From Nitrospirota bacterium (lineage in GTDB: Bacteria; Nitrospirota; UBA9217): 64,000 nucleotides of DNA. Shown one piece after another: positions 37,875 through 46,857 of the stretch; positions within the stretch are counted from its first letter, which is position 1; every line of letters starts with the position of its first letter. The DNA lies in NCBI GenBank assembly GCA_963790205.1, contig CAWBNQ010000003.1, positions 608,785 to 672,784 of the forward strand, written 5' to 3'. Below the pieces are notes generated by a model. It saw nothing but the letters and a program-made list of their open reading frames with translations, was not told where the DNA came from and searched no databases. The translations under genes and the position numbers were made by a program.

Positions 37875-38714
37875 TTATGCCAGACTGTCGACTCCCGGCA
37901 GGATGTTGAATTTCTTTATTTCTTCGAGTGAGAAGATCGGCCCTTCTTCGCAGATGAGTTTCCCGCCGCAGTAACAGTGCCCGCATTTTCCCACGCCGCA
38001 TTTCATATGTGCCTCAAGGGTCGTTATGATCCGGTCATCGGGCATGCCCATGAGCGACAGGTCGCGCATGGCGGCCTGGATCATGACGTGCGGCCCGCAG
38101 AGGTAAGCGGTGCAGTTCTTGAAGTCAACGCGCGCTTTCCCGAGGTGCTCGGTGACGAGCCCGGTGCAGCCCTTCCACGCCTCGATGTCACACCGGTCCA
38201 CCGTCATGACCACGTTCACGCCCTGGTCCATCCATGAAGCGACCTCATCCATGAACAGGACTTCCGACGGGTTCCGGGACCCGTAGACCACGGCCACGGT
38301 CCCGTTCCCGCCGGACCGGGTCCGGGCATCCACGAGCTGGTGGATCAGCGGCCTCAGGGGCACGATGCCGATGCCGCCGCAGATGAAGAGGATGTCCCGG
38401 TGCCCGTTGACGGGGAATGGCCTGCCGTAGGGGCCGCGGACCAGGATGTCGTCGCCGGCCTTCAGCGAGTTCACCGCCGCGGAAACGTGGCCCACGGTCC
38501 GTACGCAGATCTCGAGGTCGCGGCTCACGCCGGGCGTCGACGTTATGGAGATCGGGACCTCGCCGGCCCCGAGCACCGAGACCATGACGAACTGGCCGGC
38601 CTGGTACGTGAAGCCTTCCGGCAGGACGATGGAATACAGTTTTACGTCCTTCGCGAGCTCCCTGACGTCCCGGATGATCGTAGTGATGGGCAGGTATATG
38701 TTTTTAGTTGTCAT
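37875..38714 (-). CDS. FAD/NAD(P)-binding oxidoreductase with a C-terminal [2Fe-2S] cluster (AsrB / sulfhydrogenase-gamma / PyrK-like).
   Basis: Ferredoxin-reductase-type FAD and NAD folds. C-terminal CGVGKCGHCYC cluster motif. Confidence 0.7.
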   Translation of the reverse strand: MTTKNIYLPITTIIRDVRELAKDVKLYSIVLPEGFTYQAGQFVMVSVLGAGEVPISITSTPGVSRDLEICVRTVGHVSAAVNSLKAGDDILVRGPYGRPFPVNGHRDILFICGGIGIVPLRPLIHQLVDARTRSGGNGTVAVVYGSRNPSEVLFMDEVASWMDQGVNVVMTVDRCDIEAWKGCTGLVTEHLGKARVDFKNCTAYLCGPHVMIQAAMRDLSLMGMPDDRIITTLEAHMKCGVGKCGHCYCGGKLICEEGPIFSLEEIKKFNILPGVDSLA

Positions 38715-38797
38715 GATCCTTTTTTATCGTTGATACGGTAGGGGCGACCCGATGTGGTCGTCGCCCTTTTCTGAAGGCCAGCCACGCGGGGCTGCCC

Positions 38798-39835
38798 CTA
38801 CGTTTTCTCTTCTGCCTGGTCCGAGCCCTTGATCCTGAGCGCCACGGTAGCCATGTCGATCTTGCCGGGGCATGACACGGCGCAGCGTCCGCAGCCTACA
38901 CACCCGAAAGCGCCGAACTGCTCGGGCCAGTGAATGAGTTTGTGATGGAACCAGCGCTTGGTGCGGACCATCTTGTTCTTAGCGGGCACAACGCCGCCGG
39001 CCATGCGCGTGAAGCCCTTGAACATGCAGGTGTCCCAGATACGCATCCGTTTCCCGGAGTCCGGAGAAAGGGGACGGTCGAGGACGTTAAAGCAGGTGCA
39101 GACCGGGCAATTATACACGCAGCCGCCGCACTCGAAGCAGCGGTCGGCCACCCATTCCCAGAGAGAGTCCTTTACGGCGCCGGAGAGGATGCGTTTCCGC
39201 ACCTGTTCAAGGTTGACCCGTTTTTCGAAACGGCTCTGCGATGCCAGCCGCGTCTCGTACAGATCTTCGGCGTCGGCAGGTCCGGGCTCCGTGAAAATAT
39301 GGGAATAATCCCTGATCAGGGCAGCGCCGGTTTCCGTCCCCGTTTCGACCAGGAAGCGGTCTCCGAGGTCGGTCAGTTGCAGGTCGAACCCGGTTTTGAG
39401 GAACGGGCCCGTGCCCAGACCGAGGCAGAAGCACGTGGGGTCGGGCTGGTTGCAGGCAAGGGCGATCATGGCCGTGTTTTTGCGCCGTGACTCGTAATAA
39501 GCGTCTTTGTTGTTCCCCAGGTAGAACCGGTCCAGGATCGCGACAGCCGAGAGATCGCAGGGCCTGATGCCGAAGAGAACGCGCGGCTTTTTATTGAATG
39601 CTTCTTCGATGCCCTCTTCGGACCAGCAAAAGAGCTGCTCCATCTGCGGGAGAAGAAATTCCTTGGGCGACGGCATGAGGGCCGGGCCGTCGAGCGCCGT
39701 CTCGTGCATGCGCGTGAGCTCGGTGAGCACGATGTCGCCGCTCACATCGCGCATGGGCGCAATGAGCTCGTGGGACGTTTTCAGCTGCCGGAGCCAGAAA
39801 GAGAGGTGGTTCTTATTGAGGATGTAAGTGTCCAA
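38798..39835 (-). CDS. 4Fe-4S dicluster protein (AsrA / sulfhydrogenase-beta-like electron-transfer subunit).
   Basis: CFECGGCVYNCPVC and CVGCGRCAVSCP ferredoxin motifs. About 345 aa, as for AsrA/HydB. Confidence 0.65.
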   Translation of the reverse strand: MDTYILNKNHLSFWLRQLKTSHELIAPMRDVSGDIVLTELTRMHETALDGPALMPSPKEFLLPQMEQLFCWSEEGIEEAFNKKPRVLFGIRPCDLSAVAILDRFYLGNNKDAYYESRRKNTAMIALACNQPDPTCFCLGLGTGPFLKTGFDLQLTDLGDRFLVETGTETGAALIRDYSHIFTEPGPADAEDLYETRLASQSRFEKRVNLEQVRKRILSGAVKDSLWEWVADRCFECGGCVYNCPVCTCFNVLDRPLSPDSGKRMRIWDTCMFKGFTRMAGGVVPAKNKMVRTKRWFHHKLIHWPEQFGAFGCVGCGRCAVSCPGKIDMATVALRIKGSDQAEEKT

Positions 39836-39836
39836 T

Positions 39837-41966
39837 TCAACGCTCCATCTCTTCAGGCGGAATATACAATTCCAGCCCGATCTTCATGCCTTCCTTGTAG
39901 GTGATCCTCGGCGCCTGTCTCGTTCCGGGCTTCCGCTTCACGGGTTCGATCGCCACGGCACAGACCTTGAACTCGGGGATCTTGGCGTTCGGGTCAACGG
40001 CATTGATCGTGAGCAGGTTCGCAGCGGCCTCCCGGAAATGAAAAGGCAGGAAAACGATGCCTTCCGGCACAACGCCGGTAATGTTCGCCTTCACCTCGAT
40101 GCTGCCTCTTCGCGATCTGATGCGCACGGGTTCTCCCGAGCGGATCCCGAGCCTTCCCGCATCCGCGGGGTTGATCTCGACGAGGCATTCCGGCTCCTCG
40201 CGCTCGAGCGTTGCGGTCCGGCGGCACATGGTCCCCGTATGATAGTGGAAGTAACTCCGGCCCGTCGTCAGGATAAAAGGATAGTCGCTGTCCGTGGGCT
40301 CCGCAGGCGGAATGAACTCCACGGGTATGAAAGCGCCCATGCCGCGGGCGAATTTTTTACGGTGCAGGTACGGCGTGCCCGGATGGTCCATGCCCGGGCA
40401 GGGCCACTGGAGCCCGAAATTCGCGTCGAGCCGGTGGTGGAGCACGCCGCCGTAGGAGGGCGTCAGGATGGCTATCTCTTCCATGATCTCGTGCGAAGCG
40501 CGGTAATCCATGGGATAGCCCATGAGCTTGGACAGCCCGCAGATGATCTCGTAATCGGGCCTGGCCTCGCCGGGAGGCGGCACGGCGCGCCGGATCTTCT
40601 GCACCCGCCGCTCGGTGTTCGTATAGGTCCCGTCCTTTTCCGCGAAGCTTGCCGCGGGCAAGATCACCTGGGCGAACTCCGCGGTGTCTGTCGGGAATAT
40701 GTCCTGGACCGCGAGGAACTCGAGCCTGGAAAGCGCATCTTTCACATGGGCCGTGTCGGGGTCCGAGATCACGGGGTTCTCTCCCATGATGTACATCGCC
40801 CGTATCTTTCCGTTGAGGATGCCGTCGATCATCTCGGTGACCGTGAGTCCTGGCGTATCCGGCATGGGGCGCGACCAGGCCAGCTCGAACTTTTTTCTCA
40901 TCGCGGGATCAGCGACCTTCTGGTAGCCCGAGTAAACATCGGGAAGGGCGCCCACATCGCAGGCCCCCTGCACGTTGTTCTGGCCGCGGAGCGGGTTCAG
41001 GCCCGTCATGGGCTGGCCGATATGGGCCGTGAGCATCACGAGGTTGGCGCAGGAACGCACGTTGTCAACGCCGGTGATATGCTGGGTGATCCCCATGGAA
41101 TAGAAGAGCATGGAGCGTTTTTCAGACGCATAGAGCCGGGCCGCCTTGCGGATGTCCCCCGCAGGCACCGAGGTTATCTGTTCCGCAATGTCGGGTGTAT
41201 AGGTCATGACGCGCTGTTCGAAGTCGTCGAAGTTTTCGGTGCGCTGACGTATAAAGGAGACGTCCACGAGCCCCTCGGTAATAATCACGTGCATCATGGC
41301 GTTCAGGAGCGCCACGTCCGTGCCGCTCTTGTGTCTCAGGTGGAGGCGGGCGAACCGGGCGATCTGCGTGCGCCGCGGGTCGGCAACGATCAATGTCGCG
41401 CCGCGGTCCCTTGCCTCAAGCATGTGCATGCCGATCATGGGATGCTGTTCCGTGGTGTTCGAGCCGATCACGAAGATGACGCGGGCGTCCCTGATCTCAT
41501 CGATGGAGTTGGTCATGGCGCCGGAGCCGAAGGCCGCGGCCAGGCCGCCCACGGTGGAGGAGTGGCAGAGCCGGGCACAGTGGTCGACGTTGTTCGTGCC
41601 CACGACGGCGCGGGCGAACTTCATGAGCACGAAGTTCTCCTCGTTCGTGCACTTGGCGGAGCCCAGGATGCCGATAGCGTCCGGGCCGTATTTATTCTTT
41701 ATCTCCGTAAGCCTTGCAGCGGTCGCTCCGAGCGCCTCGTCCCAGGTCGCGTGCCGGAAAGCGCCGCCATCGCGCATGAGCGGAAACTGCAAACGGTCGG
41801 GGTGCTGCACGAACTCGTGGCAGTTCCAGCCCTTGACGCAGAGCGTGCCGTGATTGACGGGATGCTTCCTGTTCGGCGATACGCCGGTGATGAGGTTCTG
41901 TTCTACGTGAAGGTAGAGCCCGCAGCCGCAGCCGCAGTAGGGGCAGGTTGTAGAAACTTTTTCCAT
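39837..41966 (-). CDS. fdhA: Formate dehydrogenase catalytic (alpha) subunit, molybdopterin oxidoreductase, Cys-type (FdhF/FdhA-like).
   Basis: N-terminal CPYCGCGC [4Fe-4S]. The FdhF-type active site has Cys in place of SeCys (RLCHSST). Molybdopterin and C-terminal beta-barrel domains. Confidence 0.8.
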   Translation of the reverse strand: MEKVSTTCPYCGCGCGLYLHVEQNLITGVSPNRKHPVNHGTLCVKGWNCHEFVQHPDRLQFPLMRDGGAFRHATWDEALGATAARLTEIKNKYGPDAIGILGSAKCTNEENFVLMKFARAVVGTNNVDHCARLCHSSTVGGLAAAFGSGAMTNSIDEIRDARVIFVIGSNTTEQHPMIGMHMLEARDRGATLIVADPRRTQIARFARLHLRHKSGTDVALLNAMMHVIITEGLVDVSFIRQRTENFDDFEQRVMTYTPDIAEQITSVPAGDIRKAARLYASEKRSMLFYSMGITQHITGVDNVRSCANLVMLTAHIGQPMTGLNPLRGQNNVQGACDVGALPDVYSGYQKVADPAMRKKFELAWSRPMPDTPGLTVTEMIDGILNGKIRAMYIMGENPVISDPDTAHVKDALSRLEFLAVQDIFPTDTAEFAQVILPAASFAEKDGTYTNTERRVQKIRRAVPPPGEARPDYEIICGLSKLMGYPMDYRASHEIMEEIAILTPSYGGVLHHRLDANFGLQWPCPGMDHPGTPYLHRKKFARGMGAFIPVEFIPPAEPTDSDYPFILTTGRSYFHYHTGTMCRRTATLEREEPECLVEINPADAGRLGIRSGEPVRIRSRRGSIEVKANITGVVPEGIVFLPFHFREAAANLLTINAVDPNAKIPEFKVCAVAIEPVKRKPGTRQAPRITYKEGMKIGLELYIPPEEMER

Positions 41967-42148
41967 AACACTTTATTATAACACCTCGTCCGAAAAAAAA
42001 GCAAAGAAAAGAGGACTCTTTTGGGGCAGAATGAGCAGTCCTTCGCGCTGCGTTTGTTTCACAAGATTGCAACTGAGACGTGGGTCGTTTTCGGGGGACT
42101 TTTTTCGATGTTTAGTTTTCTTCCCTCGTGGAAACGAAGCGGACTGCT

Positions 42149-43609
42149 TCATTTTCCACTTGCAGGCGGTCTGTGAGCGGATTTGCGCGACTCCAGCCCC
42201 TTGACCTCGCCGACACGGTGGATCTTCATCATGTTCGTGCTGCCGGCCACGCCCACGGGGACGCCGGCGGTAATCACGATGAGGTCGTGCTGTTGCGCGA
42301 GATTTCGAAAGATCATGGCGCGCTCTACGCTCGCGATCATGTCGTCGGTAGTGCGCTTGGTCTTGAGGAGGATGGGGGTCACGCCCCAGTAGAGAGACAT
42401 CTTTCTGGCCACCAGATCGAACGGCGTCGGCGCAATGATGCCCATCCTGGGGCGATGCTTCGAAACCAGGAGCGCGGTGGAGCCGGACTGGGTGAAGGTC
42501 ACGATCGCCTGCGCCTGCTGTTCCTCCGCCGCGCGGCAGGCGGCATGGGCCACGCTCTCGTCCGGGCCGGAGATATGGACATCGGGCGGCCAGGGGTTCA
42601 AGGACGTTTCGGTCTGCACGGCGAACCTCGCCATTACCTCAACGGCCTGGACCGGGTAGTTTCCCATCGCGGTCTCGCCTGAAAGCATGACACAGTCCGT
42701 GCCGTCCAGGATGGCGTTTGCCACGTCCGAGGCCTCTGCGCGCGTGGGCTGGGGGTTCTCGATCATGCTTTCGAGCATCTGCGTGGCCGTGATCACCGGT
42801 TTTTCCGCCCAATGGCAGGCTTCAATTATTTTTTTCTGGAGCATCGGCACCTGTTCGGGCGACATCTCCACGCCCAAGTCGCCCCGCGCCACCATGATCC
42901 CGTCGGCCGCCTCAATGATCTCAGCGAGATTGTGGATTGCCTCGGGTTTTTCAATCTTTGCGATGATCGGGATGTCAGCGCCGTGAGCTTTCAGGAACAG
43001 ACGCGTTGCGATGATGTCTTTGGCCGTGCGCACGAACGAGAGCGCGATATAGTCCACGCCCCGGGCGATGCCGAAACGGAGGTCCGACTTGTCCTTGGGA
43101 GAGAGCGACGAAAGCGAAAGGAGCGCGCCGGGCAGGTTCACTCCTTTGTGGCTTTTGAGAACGCCTCCGCGGACCACCTTGCATGCCAGGCCGGCGGCGC
43201 TTTTTTTCACGACTTTCAGTTCAAGCCTGCCGTCGTCCAGAAGCATTGCTGCGCCGATTTTCAGGTCTTTTTTCAGACGAGGATAGGTCACGGAGATGAC
43301 ACGGTTCGTCCCTATGATCTTCTTCGTCGTCACGGTCACGGCATCTCCGCGCCGCAGGGTCACCGCGTCATTCTGCATGACGCCGACGCGCAGCTTCGGA
43401 CCCTGGAGGTCCTGGATGATGGCGATCTGTTTTCCCGCCTTTTCAGCCTCCTGTCGGAGGAGCCTGATGCGCTTCGTGTGGTCGTTCCAATCGCCGTGAG
43501 AGAAGTTCAGCCTCGCCGCGTCCATGCCCGCGCGGATGAGTTTTGCGATGACGGCGGGTGAGCTTGATGCCGGGCCGATGGTGGCGATGATCTTGGTGCG
43601 TTTGTGCAT
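42149..43609 (-). CDS. pyk: Pyruvate kinase.
   Basis: IIATIGPAS ... NFSHG ... MVARGDLG signatures and a C-terminal regulatory domain. Confidence 0.9.
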   Translation of the reverse strand: MHKRTKIIATIGPASSSPAVIAKLIRAGMDAARLNFSHGDWNDHTKRIRLLRQEAEKAGKQIAIIQDLQGPKLRVGVMQNDAVTLRRGDAVTVTTKKIIGTNRVISVTYPRLKKDLKIGAAMLLDDGRLELKVVKKSAAGLACKVVRGGVLKSHKGVNLPGALLSLSSLSPKDKSDLRFGIARGVDYIALSFVRTAKDIIATRLFLKAHGADIPIIAKIEKPEAIHNLAEIIEAADGIMVARGDLGVEMSPEQVPMLQKKIIEACHWAEKPVITATQMLESMIENPQPTRAEASDVANAILDGTDCVMLSGETAMGNYPVQAVEVMARFAVQTETSLNPWPPDVHISGPDESVAHAACRAAEEQQAQAIVTFTQSGSTALLVSKHRPRMGIIAPTPFDLVARKMSLYWGVTPILLKTKRTTDDMIASVERAMIFRNLAQQHDLIVITAGVPVGVAGSTNMMKIHRVGEVKGLESRKSAHRPPASGK

Positions 43610-44095
43610 GGTTTTTATTATAGCCTATCACACATGAATGTGCAGAAAAATCCAGAAGAAAAAAGCTTTTTTGCCACGAATGAGCACGGATAGATCCGGA
43701 TAAATGAGCGGGCAATAGGTTTTTACCGGCATTACGTTCCGCATTCCGCCTGCGCCCAGCGTTTACGAGTGCCTGGCGTAGTCTGCTCTTGCGAAACCGC
43801 GGCCATAAACGAGTGCAGGGTGAAGTCCGCATTCCGCATTTGCCTACGGTTCTATCTTCACCAGCTCATACTTCTTCGATCCGAGCCCCAGTCGCTCCGC
43901 CTCGTCGATCTGGAGCTGCATGGGCCGGGGATTGAGCTTGAACATGATGTCGTCGCCGGGCTTTATGCCCGCTTCTTCTAAAAAAAGCAGTATGGGGCCG
44001 ATGTATGCCGCGTCTGAAATATGGTCCTATGACTATTTTTTTAAGCGAGATTGAATCAACGGCCGGTTCGGCATTCTTGGTTCAACCATGCCGCA

Positions 44096-44527
44096 TTAAT
44101 GAGACGGTTTACTATCCTGCTTCGAAATATAAACAAGAAACATTCGCGCGTCGCGCAAGTCCGGGTCTAATTGGAGCGCGATCTCGAACTGCTGACGCGC
44201 CCTGTTTATTTCACCCATACTGACATACGATATGCCGAGGCTCTCATGTGCTTTTGCCAGGCCGGGTTCCACTTGGGTTGCGAGCAGGTATTGTTCGAAG
44301 GCCTTGCGCGGAAGACGGTTCGTATCATAGGCCCTCCCTAAATTATGATGGACCCGTCCCTTGTTCGGGCTTTTTGCGGCTGCATCCTCCAATAAAGCGA
44401 TATCATTTTGCCAGACGGCATTCCTCGCATAGGTGCTCCCCGCCAGGACAACAACGGCAAGCGTCAGCAAAAACAACCTGCCGCTGTTCAATATTTTCCG
44501 CATCCTCATCCCGACCGCGCTCACCAT
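44096..44527 (-). CDS. Tetratricopeptide-repeat protein (secreted or membrane-anchored).
   Basis: Signal-anchor followed by three TPR units. Confidence 0.55.
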   Translation of the reverse strand: MVSAVGMRMRKILNSGRLFLLTLAVVVLAGSTYARNAVWQNDIALLEDAAAKSPNKGRVHHNLGRAYDTNRLPRKAFEQYLLATQVEPGLAKAHESLGISYVSMGEINRARQQFEIALQLDPDLRDARMFLVYISKQDSKPSH

Positions 44528-44827
44528 GGCCCCTTACAATGTTCCGTCGACAATGCCTAACGCCGCGGTTTTTCCGGATAACAGGCTGCTTTCCCGCGAA
44601 GCACGTTCTTCTGCTGCGGCAAGGGCGTCTTGTTCCCCTACGCCGCGAGAGAGAGGGAGGTTCCTGGAATGCCACGGGGAATCGATGTCCCGCCCCACGG
44701 GCTCCGGCGATGCCGCAGACGGTCCCTGCGGACCCGCCTCCGATCGAACCCCGGACAACCGCTGAAGCATGTCCGACAGGAGGCCCTGAGCTGCCTTATT
44801 TGCACGCATGAACGGTTGTTTCCGTAC

Positions 44828-45697
44828 TTAGTACATCGGGTGGCACGCGACACAGATCGCGGGAAGGCGAAGTTTGTTCTTGCTGTCCGCTCCCTTTGCG
44901 GCTGCCTCACGCTGGATGACTCCCTGCTGGTGCGGATTGTGGCAGGTGGAACAGGTGATGCGCCCTCTCGGGATGAGGGGGAGGATGACCATGTCACGCT
45001 CTTCGGCTTGATGCATGCTGTTGAGCATCTCCGCAGAGGGCCTTACCAGAAAATGGGTGCTGAAGAACGGGTCAGGCATGGGCGGATGACAGCGCCAGCA
45101 GAGAAATCCGATGTCGGCCCTGAATTTCACGCTATCCGTATAATCTTTTTCCGGGTCAGGCATCTGTGAATGACACAGGAGACATACCGGTTTGCCGTTG
45201 ACCTCTCTGAAATTATTTTTATCGTCCAGCATCAGGTGAGGATTGATTCCTGCGTACCGTTCGCCCGAGTGGCACCGAAAGCAGATCTGCCGGCGATCCT
45301 TGGTATAGGGTCCGCCCCGCAATAGTTTCGGGGTCCCTTCCTTTCCGGGCCCGCCGTGAATCTCATGGCAGGTCAGGCACCTCACCTTGCCTTCGAATAA
45401 GGGGAAGGGGAACCCGGCAGTGACGGCTGGAGTAAAATCGACAGGATGATGGTTTTCTTGGTAGTCATGACAGTTGAGACAGGAGGTGGAGGGCTCGACG
45501 CCCGGGGCGAAGAGCGCTCCGCCCGGTTGGGGTTTTGCCGTTGCATGACACGCCACACAGAGCGTGTGCGGATTTTTGTACGCAGGGACGGAATAGACGG
45601 AATAGCCGGTATTTTGCGGCGTGATCAGCGCTTGCAGGCTGCAGGATGACGCCAGGATTGCCGTGGACAACACAAAGCATTTAACGAAAAAGCGCAT
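44828..45697 (-). CDS. Octaheme c-type cytochrome.
   Basis: Signal peptide and eight CxxCH motifs. Confidence 0.85.
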   Translation of the reverse strand: MRFFVKCFVLSTAILASSCSLQALITPQNTGYSVYSVPAYKNPHTLCVACHATAKPQPGGALFAPGVEPSTSCLNCHDYQENHHPVDFTPAVTAGFPFPLFEGKVRCLTCHEIHGGPGKEGTPKLLRGGPYTKDRRQICFRCHSGERYAGINPHLMLDDKNNFREVNGKPVCLLCHSQMPDPEKDYTDSVKFRADIGFLCWRCHPPMPDPFFSTHFLVRPSAEMLNSMHQAEERDMVILPLIPRGRITCSTCHNPHQQGVIQREAAAKGADSKNKLRLPAICVACHPMY

Positions 45698-45836
45698 TTA
45701 AAATAATAACACAAGCGGCCGAATAAGTAAACACCCTGTTCCTTTTTTTGGCGCCGGATTTATCGGGTCAGCCACCCGCGGTGCTGACGCGATTCCGCTA
45801 TCCGTGCGGGTGCATTGTTCAACCCTATGCAGTCTG

Positions 45837-46664
45837 TTATACCTTCAGGCTTTCCTTATACACATCTTTTTTAGGCAGGCCGAGCTCTTCCGCGGCGGCA
45901 GCGATGGCTTCTTTCTTGCTCAGGCCGCGATGCAGCATGAGGTTTTTGAGGAATTCCGCAGTGTCGATGTCCTGCTTAAGCGGCTCCGCTGATGCCCCGT
46001 GCACGATGACCGTGAATTCTCCTTTTATCGTTCCGTGCTGCAACCGGCTCAGAAGCTCGGAAAGTGTTCCCCGGATCGTTTCTTCATGGATCTTGGTCAG
46101 CTCCCGGGTAACGACCGCCCGCCGATCGCCGAAGACTTCGAGCAGGTCCTCGACGGTCCCGATGATCTTATGCGGGGCTTCGTAGAAGATGATCGTGCGT
46201 TCTTCTTTGACAAGCTCCCGGAGACGTTTAAGCCGGGCCATACGCTTTGCCGGGAGAAAGCCTTCGAATACAAAGCGGTCCGTGGGAAGGCCGGAGATCG
46301 AAAGCGCCGCAATGGCCGCTGTAGCGCCGGGGATGGGGACCACGGGGATTTTCTGGTCTACGGCCAGGTTGATCAGGAAGTAACCGGGATCGGAGATGCC
46401 GGGAGTGCCTGCATCGGAAACGAGAGCGAGGTTCTTGCCTTCGAGGAGCCGTGCCGCGAGGACCGGGGCTTTCTCTTCTTTGTTATGGTCGTGATAGCTC
46501 GTGAGCTGCGTTTCTATTTGATAGCGGTCGAGCAAATGCCTCGTATGGCGCGTGTCCTCGGCCGCGATCAAGTCGACTTCCTTGAGCACGCGGACCGCCC
46601 GGAGAGTGATGTCCTCGAGGTTCCCGATGGGGGTGGCGACTATGTAGAGTATTCCTGATTGCAT
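45837..46664 (-). CDS. rsmI: 16S rRNA (cytidine1402-2'-O)-methyltransferase.
   Basis: GILYIVATPIGNLEDITLRA ... tetrapyrrole-methylase fold. Confidence 0.85.
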   Translation of the reverse strand: MQSGILYIVATPIGNLEDITLRAVRVLKEVDLIAAEDTRHTRHLLDRYQIETQLTSYHDHNKEEKAPVLAARLLEGKNLALVSDAGTPGISDPGYFLINLAVDQKIPVVPIPGATAAIAALSISGLPTDRFVFEGFLPAKRMARLKRLRELVKEERTIIFYEAPHKIIGTVEDLLEVFGDRRAVVTRELTKIHEETIRGTLSELLSRLQHGTIKGEFTVIVHGASAEPLKQDIDTAEFLKNLMLHRGLSKKEAIAAAAEELGLPKKDVYKESLKV

Positions 46665-46677
46665 AAAGTCAAAGGCG

Positions 46678-46810
46678 GTTTCTCGCAAAGCTCGCAAAGG
46701 GCGCCAAGGAAACCAAAAACAAGAACAAGGATTTGTCTTTCAAACAAATCTTAATTCAGGTTTAATTCTTAGCTTTTCTTTGCGCCCTTTGCGAGCTTTG
46801 CGAGAAACAG
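46678..46810. repeat. Inverted-repeat element copy 1: 21-bp perfect terminal inverted repeat TCTCGCAAAGCTCGCAAAGGG / CCCTTTGCGAGCTTTGCGAGA around an AT-rich core of about 60 bp.
   Basis: Read directly. Intergenic between rsmI and nadE. Confidence 0.7.
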
Positions 46811-46857
46811 ATCTGATCTTTTGCTGTTTCTTTATTATCTTCTCGCGAGAAATAGTC

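Noticed and set aside
39828-41981. 717-aa plus-strand ORF.
   Set aside because: It is antisense to the formate dehydrogenase alpha gene. It has a low-complexity composition.
43850-44030. Minus-strand 59-codon frame ending ...GIKPGDDIMFKLNPRPMQLQIDEAERLGLGSKKYELVKIEP, with a FeoA/SH3-like feel.
   Set aside because: It has no in-frame ATG/GTG/TTG start and is below reliable size. It is possibly a remnant.
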